A stretch of DNA of 64,000 nt. Origin: Eledone cirrhosa (lineage: Eukaryota). This document shows positions 52,724 to 64,000 of the stretch, in pieces; position 1 is the stretch's first letter; each line of letters begins with the position of its first letter. The stretch is taken from positions 30,318,001-30,382,000 of the forward strand of contig OZ024757.1 of assembly GCA_964016885.1 (NCBI GenBank). Reading direction: 5' to 3'. The position numbers and the translations under genes were made by a program. The notes under the pieces were generated by a model. The model was not told where the DNA came from, did not search any database, and saw nothing but the letters and a program-made list of their open reading frames with translations.

Positions 52724-53643
52724 TACCGTATATACTCGCGTATAGGTCGCCCTGGCAGATAGGTCGCATACCCACTTTTCATTTAACAAATAGGCTATTT
52801 GCCATTGACTCGCAGATAGGTTGCACCGAAATTTGGGCCGTCAAACTACTATTTTTTATGATAATTGAAACTAATAATCTGTTAGCTTTCCATTACTTCG
52901 CCGTTGCGATATATACTCCAAACCATGTTTTATTTATAAAATAAACATTAACGTCATCGAAATTTCGTCAATCCGAGATTACTGCGAGATAAAGCCTTTA
53001 AGCGCGAAAATTAACTCTTAATATAGTGAAACAACTTGAAATAACATATGCTTTTTAATGTTGAAAGTATAACAGATTTTTAGCGTATCAACATGGCTTC
53101 CCAAAGTAGTGAATACCGACTTTGAAGGTTTTACATGTGACGACATTCGAAATGAAAAAGAAACACAAGATAATATTAGTGAGTTATCTTCAAATGAATC
53201 AGACGTATTTATTTCTGACGATGATAGTTACTTTGAAAGTGAAAGCGAAGATCTAACGGACACCATTGAAAATATTACAGCAACATCACGAAACGTGTTC
53301 ATAGCAACGCTAAGACAATGAAATCACATGTTAAATACCGGGTATGCATTTCTATGGATTTTAATGACGGATGGTTTGGTCAGATAGAAAAAAATGTAAA
53401 CACTACAAAGTTTTAGTAAAAAATTTAAAATCAAGAAATATATGTATAAGAAAGTAGATATATGAAATTATTATGTTAAATAATAAAAAAATATTAACAA
53501 AGTTATTTTTATAAATATTCATCGTTGATTAAGTCTATGCAAAATCATTGGTCAGTCTGATGTCAATCGGATAGGTCGCACCCCAAAAATTTATACTTAT
53601 TTATCGTTAAAAAAGTGCGACCTATACGCGAGTATATACGGTA
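52724..53643. mobile_element. Non-autonomous Tc1/mariner-pogo-type DNA transposon
   Basis: TA-CCGTATATACTCGCGTATAGGTCGC...GCGACCTATACGCGAGTATATACGG-TA terminal inverted repeats. Confidence 0.88.
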
Positions 53644-55537
53644 AACCCTTAAATACAGCAAATGTTCACAATGATCTGTCCACTGGTAAAAAATACTATA
53701 AAACGATTGACTTAACCAACTTGTTTTTCAACATTTTCTGCTGAAAAATGACAGGATGTTAAGAGTTAAACTTTAGTCAGCACAATTGTAACACTTTTAA
53801 CTTCTTCATGCCATGCTGCACACTTTGTTTTCTCTCTCTCTCGCCACACTGATTATAAACTGTATTTGCTTCAATTGAATATTTGAACCTGTAAGATTTT
53901 GGAAGAATTAGAGCCAACAATATTTTTATTAACATCTTTTTAAAATTCTTGTCTCGATGGATGCATGGTAAAAAATAAAAAAAATAATTCATAAGTTTCA
54001 AAGATAAGCCCAACCCATGCAGTCAGACATGACTACCTCCCAAGTGTTGGTGATAAACATGATAAATGATCACCTAGTACACTGTGTAAAGTGGTTGGTG
54101 ATAGGAAGACGTCAAACCATAGAAAACATGCCAAACAAAGGGTTGGAAGACTCTTCAGCTATGTCAAGGACATGACAACTTCTCTAGTGTTGGTTCCATG
54201 ATAAAACAAACTCAGCAGAGTGTAGGATTGTATGTCAGTTCCCTGATCCACTTGGAGGTCAGAGGTTCTGCTCAAGTACTGACCAGTCTGTGATGGCGTG
54301 TCATAGCCCTTGCTAGCAAGGAAAACGGGTATTAAACAATGATTATAAGTGTGTGACCCTTTATATTCAGTTACTATTACTTATCATAACAATAAATAGA
54401 ACCTTTTTGATATGAAACTGCTAGAAACTCCCTCAGGTCCTACAACACTTAATGTTTTAATTTCTATTTATCTAATAATCTTCTATCATAATTTTATGTA
54501 AGTACCTATTCTAAACCGTGTGTATTTGGTTTAGAATAGGTTCGCCATATTTCTGCATGCCGTAAAAAGTGACTAAAGCGTTGGTGTCGGGAAGAGCATC
54601 TTGGTTGTAAAATATTGTCTCAAAACGTCTCGTCCAACCCATGATTTGAAAAAGCCAATATATAAATAATGATGATGAACCTTGGTTAAGTTATGCTCCA
54701 AACACCAGCTTGATAATGAGCAAGTTAGTTATATTACTAAATGTCCACACATTTTAGGATCATTTTCAAAGTGATTTGAAAATTATAGGCAGTGTTTTTC
54801 ATTAGAAATATGGTAAGGAAAGGGTTAAAAATAAGAACTATATATTTAAATAACTCATCCCAGTTGGTTTCTATTATCTATATACTGAACAAAAGAATTT
54901 ATATATATGTGTGTGCGTGTATGTGTGTATTTATGTGTGTGTGTAATGTATATATGTATGTGTATATGTATACAGAGAAATTATGTTATAACTAAATCCA
55001 CAGGGCATAAAAAAAAATTTGTTGTAACGAAAAATTCTTTATAACGAGATCAACCGAAACACATCGAGCGAGTAGCTGGGGAGTGAAAAAAATGTTGTTA
55101 TAATGGTATTCATTATAATGCAATTTTACCTGTATATGTTTGTTTAGAGAGAGGGAGGGAGATGGATATATATGTGTATGTTGATTGTAGCACAAGCAGG
55201 TAGTATCAGTGTATCCAACCAAAGTAACTCGTGGTGTGTGGTTCCATCTAGGATATATACCTTTATTTCTTGTTTGAAAAGGTACTTGGGTCAAAAGGAT
55301 CAACTAAAAGCTTGCAATAGAGGCTGTGCCCCAGCATGGTCGCATAGTCGCTCTTCAATGACTGAAACCAGTAAAAGAATACATAGTAATTTTAGTTGAT
55401 TAGTTAAATCTATTTGGCATATAAATATGGCCAACTTGAGCCGTCTGAAATTTCATTCTAAAAATAAAATAAAAAAATAAAATATTTTCCTTTTGTGGTC
55501 TGAAAAATGTATATTTGTGGACAGTGTAGATCTAACT

Positions 55538-56070
55538 TAACCCTTTTGATATCAAACTGCCTGAAAACACCCTTGGTCCTGTGATGAAAATCTATTTTAA
55601 AGTGTTTACATTTATCTAAAAACATTCCTTTATAATTTTATACAAGAACTTTTTATTAAGTTATGCTCCAAACATTATCTACCATATATACTCATGTATA
55701 AGCTGAGAAATCAATGATAAAATGAGGGAACAGGTAGTCTTATTTTCAAGGTCAATATTTTGCTGATTTTCACCAACTTAAGAAAGGTACCAATATGTCT
55801 GGAGTACTTCCTTTACAAAACTTAATCCTTTTGATACCGAAAACACCCTTGGTTCTATGATGAAAATCTCTTTATTTTAAAGTGTTTACATTTATCTAAA
55901 AACCTTGTACAAGAACCTTTTATTAAGTTATGCTCCAAACATTAGCTACCATATATACTCATGTATAAGTTGAGAAATAAGTCACCAAAAAAAAAGAAAT
56001 CAATGATAAAATGAGGGAACAGGTAGTCTTATATTCAAGGTCAATATTTTGCTGATTTTCACTAACTTTC
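55538..56070. repeat. Local tandem duplication (~270-285 bp) of a MITE end and its flank
   Basis: 55538-55780 is repeated at 55822-56068. Confidence 0.8.
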
Positions 56071-57824
56071 AACATATATGTAAGAAAGGCACCAGTACTA
56101 GCTTTACAATAAACCAGTTTTACTACATTTTAATAGCATTTTTATAGAATATGTTTAGTACTCACACTCTGTAGGTGTATGTTTTATTTCTCCCTGCATG
56201 TCAATTTTAACTTTTGTATTTTTCTGGGAATTACATACAATAAATTTTTTTTTTTCACACAGACTTTTATTTTCCTCTTGGATCTTTTTGTAGGACATTG
56301 AATAGTTTCCTATTTCTTTAACTCTTTAGCATTTACATTATTTTCCCGCCGAGGTTGACTTTGCCTTTCATCCTTACGGGGTCGATAAAATAAAGTACCA
56401 GTAATGCACTGCGTAATTGCTGGCCTTGTGCCTAACTTAGAAACAATTATTTTATATATTTACCATTGTATTTTCATGGTAAAGGCTTTATCTCATATAA
56501 TATTGAATCTTTGAGATTTTGATATTATCTATTTCGATAACAATACCTTAACATTCATATGAGTGTCCGGTTACAGCCAGTTTTAACAGAAAGAGGTGAG
56601 AGAATCCTGGTCGGATACGGACGGTTTAAATGTTAAGGCATGTGTTTCATTCAATTTGTATGTGAAATATAAACCTGTTACATTTGAAAGATTGTCTGCT
56701 GAAAAGGAAGTAAACAAAAATTTGAGGAACTTGTTGAAACTTTATAAAACAGGTGAAATGGCAAAAAATAATCTTTATATAGTTGAGTTGTAAAAGAAAA
56801 ATTATACTCTAAACAACATTTAGAAATATTTTACAACTTCTTCAAAATATTCTCCGCTTCTGGAAATTTACAAAAATGCACCATCTCTCGGCTTATACAT
56901 GAAGTTTGGAGTTTTACCAATTTCCCAGGCATTAAATAGGGTGTTTGGCTTATACACATGTATATAAAGTAAATAATCAATTTAAAAAAAAACTCAGTTA
57001 TATTACTAAATCCCTCCAAATTTTTGACCCTTTTCAAATTGAATTGAAAATTATAGGTAATGATTTTCATCAGAAATATGGTAACAAAAAGGCTAAGACA
57101 TTTGTTGAAAATTTGGGTAAGTTTTAACAGTTTCATCTGCTATTTGAATTGAAGAATTAAAGTTAAAAATATATTTATGTGTATATGGCACCAAAACAAG
57201 CACTTCACAGGATAGGCTGAGTAATATTTATATACTCATATTAATAAATGACCTTAACTCTTGATAATCGTTTTGATGCATTTTTGCATCAAGTTCTACT
57301 AATTTTGAACAGCCTTGGAGGCCTGGTTCCCATTACCAAGCTTGAATTAGTGTAGGCCTCAATTGGCTTCACCATTGACATGCAGTAAAAGAGGTAGATT
57401 TTAAAATATTTCATTTAAATAGAAACATAATAAATAAATAAAAAAGTTAAGAAGACTTTGCAGAAGAAAATATATTTTCTTTTGAATTTCCATGAAAAAA
57501 AAAGAAAAAAAAGAGGGCTCTTTTCTAAAAATAATGTTCTTTGTAGGCCCATCATACTACATAGCTGAAACCTGGCTTAGACTTGGAAAGAATTTGACTG
57601 AATGAAGGTTGGAAGATAAAGCATGGTTTTGCTAAAGTTTTGCTAGATGTAGTGATATTCTGAGTAGAAAACTGAGGTAGAAATGTAGTTATGTAGTTGG
57701 ACAAGGTTTCATTCTTGATTATTCAGCAACCCTAGAGTGCATATATTTTTCTGTTTGTTTATCAACTTTCAAGTGTTATAATCATTTTTCCACTATTGTA
57801 CTTTGTACCTTTTTTCTTTTTTTT

Positions 57825-58118
57825 AAACCCTTTTGATACCAAACCACCTAAAACTAGGCCTGGTTCTATGTTGCAAAAAAGCATTTGTTTAAAAATTTTT
57901 ATATTTGCCTAACATTTTTATATTTGCCTAAAATCTTAAAACCTTCCATCATAATTTCATATAAAAACAATTATACTCTAAACAAGTTATGCTCCAAATA
58001 ACAGCTTAATAATGAGAAGGATTGTTATATTACTAAATACCTTCAAATTCTTCATTACTTTTCAAAACATTATTTGAAAATTATTGACAGTGTCTTTCGT
58101 ATGGTAACAAAAGGGTTA
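57825..58118. mobile_element. Second piggyBac-type MITE family
   Basis: AACCCTTTTGATACC...GGTAACAAAAGGGTTAA. Related pieces at 446-850, 51560-51640, 54400-54830 and 55538-55940. Confidence 0.65.
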
Positions 58119-61100
58119 ATTTGATGGGATTTTTTTTTGTTATTTTTTTCATATTAAAATATAATTTTATATGAAACTTAGTTAAGCTTGATCTAAATAC
58201 ACATGTTGATATTCTTGTTTTATTTTCCGTGTCACTATATAAATCATTGTGTTCAATATATTTTTGATTTGTCTTTTCAGTTATCCTGACTGACTTTCTT
58301 ATATGAACATTTTTCTGTGCTTTAGTAAAACTGCTTGTTTTTAATGGTATAGTATTTGTCTGGTTGTTTAGTTTAGTCACAAACATTTTCCTGTTGTATC
58401 CTCGTGCAAATTTATTGAAACAAACTCTGAAAACAACAAACCTGTTTTTCTCAAATATTTATATCGTCATTATCATTGCTATCATCTTGTTTATCATCAT
58501 CATCATTTAATGTTTATTTTCCAAGCTTGGATGAGTTAGTCAGGTTGTCATGTATTGAGGCAATACATGTCAGGTGACCTCATTTTGCTCACACGTTTCA
58601 TTTTTGGCTTGGTTTCTATCGTTGGATTCCTTTCCTAAAACCAACCACTTTATAGTATGTACTGGGAGCTTTTCCATAGCATCACAACTACCACATAGCA
58701 AGGTGGACTGGGTGTTTTTTTTTTTGTAGTGGCACCAGCATGACCAACTTATAGCATGGACTGGTTGCTTTTTTTTGTTGCAGCACCAGTACAACCACTT
58801 TACAGGGTGGACCAGATGCTTTTTTTGTTGTGTCACCAGAACAATCACTTCACAGGATAAGCTGAGTAATATTTATATACTCTTGAAAATCGTTTTGATG
58901 CATATTGCATCAAATTCTATTAATTTTGAACAGTCTTGGAGCCATTTAGGTTCCCACTACCAAACTTGAATTAGTGTAGGCCTCAATCAGCTTTGCCATT
59001 GATTGACATGCAGTTCATTTCATTCCACGAAATCATTGTTTGCATATACACCACAAACTTTTAATGGGGCTTAGATCAAGAGGGTTTCCAGATCATTTCA
59101 GTATATTCATTAAATTCTCATAGAAAAAAAATTCTTCTGTTTTTTTCTATGTGTAACACGGGCAAGATCCTGCTGGAAAACACGGGATCCTTTGGGAAAC
59201 AGCATGCGCTTAAGTTTTGGAACAACGTTTCCTTTGAAGAACTTTAACCCTTTAGCATTTACTCTATATTTACTATTGTATTTTCACGGTAAACATTTTA
59301 TCTCACATAAAATCGAATCTACGAGATTTTGATATTTTTTATTTTAAGACAATACCTTAATATAAGTATGATCAGCCAGTTACAGCCACTGTGAGCAGAA
59401 AGAGGTGAGAGAATTCTGGTTTGATGCGGCCAGTTTAAATATATTGAAGCAAGTACATCATATTTTTGATTGGGTGCCAGCTGTCATTGCTATATTAGCT
59501 GAAACAACCCACCCCGACAACATCTTTCATGGCTGTTTCATGGTCTGGTTTTATTGTGCGTATTGCAGGGCTTTTCATTCGATGACCCTTGAATATGCTG
59601 ACTTCTCTGTCCCTGGGCCCCCCCCAAAAATGACTTTCATCATTGATAATGATTTTCCTCCAGTTTTTTGTATTTCACTCCCCATTTGTAACATTTTGCT
59701 TTCATAGTTTTAAGTCAGGAGTTGTTTTGTTTCATGGGCTGATAGTCCCTAGTTCATGTCTGGTACAGGGAACCCTAAAAGCCTGCAAGGCTGTTCAAAA
59801 TTTGTGTTGATTTAATACCAAAATGGATCAAAATGTTTCCCAGTTGTTCAAGGAGGTCATATCCTTCGTTAATTTGAGTATATGAATATTATTTGTATTA
59901 AAAATTTGAGAGAAAAAACAAGACCAAACGATTTTTGATTGTTTTCAGAGTTTGTTTAAATTAATTTGCACAAAGGTGTACATTTTCTAGTCACTCATCA
60001 CTTGCTTCCTTTTGTCTTAGTGTTCAATTTTTCAAGTTAAACTACAACTACAGTAACTACTACTACTACTAGTAGTAGTAGTAGCAGTCTGACTGCTTGT
60101 AGTTGCTTTTTGAGCATTTTAATCATAGATTCCACTGTCAGAAAGATTTTTCTTCGTTTCTTTTTGTAATGGCATGAATATTTTGCATGGTTTATGTTGC
60201 TTTTAATCAAGAAATGAATTGTAGGTTAGACTTTTGCTCTTCTGCACTCTCAGTTGTAAATGATCAAGTATTAATTAGTCTAATGTCTAATTTATTGATC
60301 GTTCACTTTTTAGGCAAAAAAGTTATTTTAGAAATCTATGTTTCTCTGAATACCACATGTTTTGTTTGTCAAAATGAATTTCTTAATTCTTGTCAAAAGA
60401 TATAGCATTGAATATTGATACCAATAGATGATGAATTAGCAGAATTGTTATAGAGTCACCATTACCATTACCACTATTACCACTGTCATCATCACTATCA
60501 TCGTTTTACGTCCACTTTTACATGCTTGCAAGGGTTGGATGACTCTTCCAGCAGAGCACCCGTTCACTCATTGCAGTTGTTTATCATCTCCTTTGTGAGC
60601 TTCAGTAATTTGAGATCAGCTGTCTCATTCTCTGCCCAGGTCTTTCTTGGTTTCCCTTTACTGCAGCTTTCTTCCACTAGGATTTCTTGGCACTTCTTCA
60701 CTTAACCATGATTATCCTTATACAAGGGCGGCAGATTGGCAGTATCGGTGGAGCGACGGATAATATGCTTTATGGCATAGGGTTACGTCCCTTCTATCTT
60801 TTTTGATTAGTCCAGAAATTTTATCATCATCATCATCATCATTTATGTCTGTTTTTCCATACTTGCATGGGTTGAACAAGTCTCTGTTCTATCACAGCTT
60901 TCCTCCAACTGTTTCATCATCATTTTCATTATCATTTCATGCCTGTTTTTCCAGCACAGCTTTCCTGCAACTGTTACTTTCTTTAATCATCTCCTCTGTG
61001 TGATCCAACCAGCATCATGAGATCAGCTCTCACCACTTCTGCCCTTCTTCATCATCATCATCATTTCATGTCTGTTTTTCCAGCACAGCTTTCCTCCAAC

Positions 61101-61646
61101 TGTTTCTTTCATTATCTCCTCCGTGTGATCCTGCATCATCATCATGAGATCATCTCTCACCACTTCTGCCCTTCATCATCATCATCATCATCATTTCATG
61201 TCCATTTTTTTTCCATGCTTGCATGGGTTAGATAGTTCTCATTTCCAGCACATCTTTCCTCCACTTTTCATGTTCCTAGGATCAGCTCTCACCACTTCTT
61301 CCAATGAACTTATATTCAACCTATCACTATTGTTTACTTTAATAGTATTATTTTAGTCTGGCACTAGTATATTTGTGAATAATTTTCTAGATGAGTTCAT
61401 TAGAATTTTGGACAAGTCCATTTTGTTTTTATAGGTGCAGGCATGGCTGTGTGGTTAAGAAATTTGCTTTGCAACAATGTGATCTTGGTTTCAGTTCCAC
61501 TGTGTGGCACCTTAAGCCAGTGTATTCTATTGTAGCCTTGCATTGACCAAATCTTTGAGTTTGGCAATTAGAAATTATGGGGAAGCCTGTTGTATACACA
61601 CATACACACACACAGACATGGACTCACACGTACACACATATATATG

Positions 61647-61987
61647 TACCGTATATACTCGCGTATAGGTCGCACTTTTTTAACAATAAATAAGTATAAA
61701 TTTTTGTGGTGCAACCTATCCGATTGACATCAGACTGACCAATGATTTTTCATAGACTTAATCAACAATGGGTATTTATAAAAATAACTTTGTTAATATT
61801 TTTTATTATAATAAAAAATATTGAAACAAATAATTATTAGTTTCAATTATCATAAAAAATAGTAGTTTGACGGCCCAAATTTCAGTGCGACCTATCTGCA
61901 TGTCAATGGCAAATAGCCTATTTGTTAAATGAAAAGAGGGTATGCGGCCTATCTGCCGGGGCGACCTATACGCGAGTATATACGGTA
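61647..61987. mobile_element. Internally deleted, inverted copy of the 52724-53643 element
   Basis: Same TIRs and TA flanks, shared subterminal sequence. Confidence 0.88.
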
Positions 61988-62307
61988 TCATGCTTTTGCT
62001 AAGGGTTTTAGGTGCCTATACAGTCGCAAGCAGACATGGGCACCCAGTCAAGCCCTCTTTCCCTTGATCCAGGGGAACAGCCAGTATGTGAGAGCTGGAA
62101 GGAAAGAAACAGGGCTGCACCAACACTGGACTGGTACTTTTTTTCTCTTTCTTTTTCTTTTATCGATCCCGAAAGGGTGAAAAGCAAAGTGGACCTTGGC
62201 GAGATTTGAACTCTAAACACAAAGACCTGGAACAAATATCCGACACTCCAATGACTTTGCCAAATTGACCACCTCATATGTATATATGCACAAACATATA
62301 TATATAA

Positions 62308-62367
<60 letters not shown>

Positions 62368-62593
62368 GTGTGTATGTAAAAGGTAAATAGAAATAACAAC
62401 ACAATCAGTACAGTATATGGAAGGGATATATTAGGTTAATGCTTGATATAGCAGGAAGAGGGTCTTAACGTTTCGGATGCTAGTCCTGCATCAGAAGAAA
62501 GATTGAGGGGATGGGCGGGTTGGAAAAATCTCTTTAGATAAAAATAACAGGTCCATTCATATTGACATCTCTTGCAATATATATATATGTATG

Positions 62594-62657
<64 letters not shown>

Positions 62658-62687
62658 TGTATATATATATGTATGTATGTATGTATG

Positions 62688-62721
<34 letters not shown>

Positions 62722-63069
62722 AAATTCATTTTTGAATTTTTTGGCGAGATTTCTAATCTGAAAACGTGTGTTGAAACAGATATTATTATACCTTGGGAGG
62801 GTCATGTTGCCAATAAAAACACACGCACCCGTTGCTTTCACTTCAATTTATTATAAATTTCCAGTTAGTTGGTTGGTTCGATAACCAGAAAGCTGTTTAT
62901 GTATTGTCAAAGCTCACACATTCTGTGACCTCCTCAGTGACTAGGTTTTTATTTGGTGTGTCTCTCCTTTGTTCTGTCCTACACCATCTTATTTTTAAAA
63001 AACCAACAGGTGCATGTGTGTTTTTATTGGCAACATGACCCTCCCAAAGTATAACAATATATATATATA

Positions 63070-63610
63070 CAGGGTGCGGACGATATTTGTTCGCAAGATT
63101 ACTGTCTAGGAAAAAATAACACAGTAGTTTTATTTTTTAAGATATATTTATCAAACTTGTTCTTTCGATCTCACTCGATAAACCCGCCATTGGCTTTGAT
63201 GACGGCCTCAAAGCAGCCTCGGAACCGGCTACAGGCCTTCGTCACTGCCCCCCGACTTAGGCCCCCTAAAGGCACTTGTGATCCTGGCCTTCAGATCGTC
63301 TTTCGTATTGCAGCTAGATCTGTTGGTGTCTCGTTCCACTGCGCCCCACACAAAGAAGTCGAAGGGGTTGCAGTCAGGCGAGCTGGGAGGCCAGATGTCA
63401 GGTGAAGCGTGGTCGACGAAGTTCTCTGACAGCCAGGCTTGGGTCTTTCAGCTGGTAAGGCAGGGTGCTGAGTCTTGCTGCCACATGTACGGCCTATCTG
63501 CAGCTACCTGGTCGATCCAGGGCTTCACTACCTCGCCCAGAACGCGGATGTAGCCATCGGTGTTCAGCTTGAGGCCCTCAGGGAAGAAGAACTTGTAACC
63601 GCATGTAAAC
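63070..63610 (-). mobile_element. Tc1/mariner transposase 3' fragment with right end
   Basis: YIRVLGEVVKPW..WQQDSAPC and WPPSSPDCNPFDFFVWGAVE motifs, frameshifted. TA-CAGGGTG terminus. Confidence 0.85.
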
Positions 63611-64000
63611 ACCGATTGCGTAGGACTTACCTCGCCCTCAAACCCCTTCATGACCTGGGTGGGTAGACAATAGCTGTAACATCCTTCTTTTCCCCACTTG
63701 CCGAACAAGATAAGGGGAAACCCCAGCATACATAGGTAGATGTACTTCTTTTCTTTTTTCCCTTTATCTCTTCTTCTCACTTCCTTCCACTCCCTCTCCT
63801 CTTCCTTTTCCTTTTCCCTCTTTCGCTTACCCTGAGGCAGCCCATCGGGCTTTTGTAGCCTCAGTACCCCCACCCAGTAAATTCTATATAGCATTGGCTG
63901 AAAATGCAATACCAGCTAAAAATATAGCAGTTGTTTTAGACTCGAGTTTTTTTTATTATTTTTTATTATTTTTAATTATTTTTTTATTATTTAATTTTTT

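Overview
Animal genomic DNA, AT-rich and dense in repeats. The SINE types and (TA)n/(CAT)n microsatellites suggest a coleoid cephalopod such as Octopus (inference). The main gene is a spliced minus-strand P5A-type ATPase (ATP13A1). I traced 20 phase-consistent GT-AG exons from the ATG at 26027 to 1696, and the gene runs off the window. An antisense, degenerate GORASP (GRASP55/65) exon sits at 298-428. A weakly supported, unidentified plus-strand spliced gene may begin at 35446. The rest is SINEs, piggyBac-type and pogo-type MITEs, and RTE, CRE and mariner fragments. The most notable signal is about a dozen minimal type-I hammerhead ribozyme (HHR) motifs from several sequence families, with co-varying stems. 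They lie in (TA)n-flanked non-coding elements that form long fold-back palindromes, and several palindrome centres fall inside the ribozyme's own hairpins. One related unit carries a tRNA-like cloverleaf. This resembles a set of Penelope-derived or retrozyme-like non-autonomous elements. All folds were done by eye and no database search was run.
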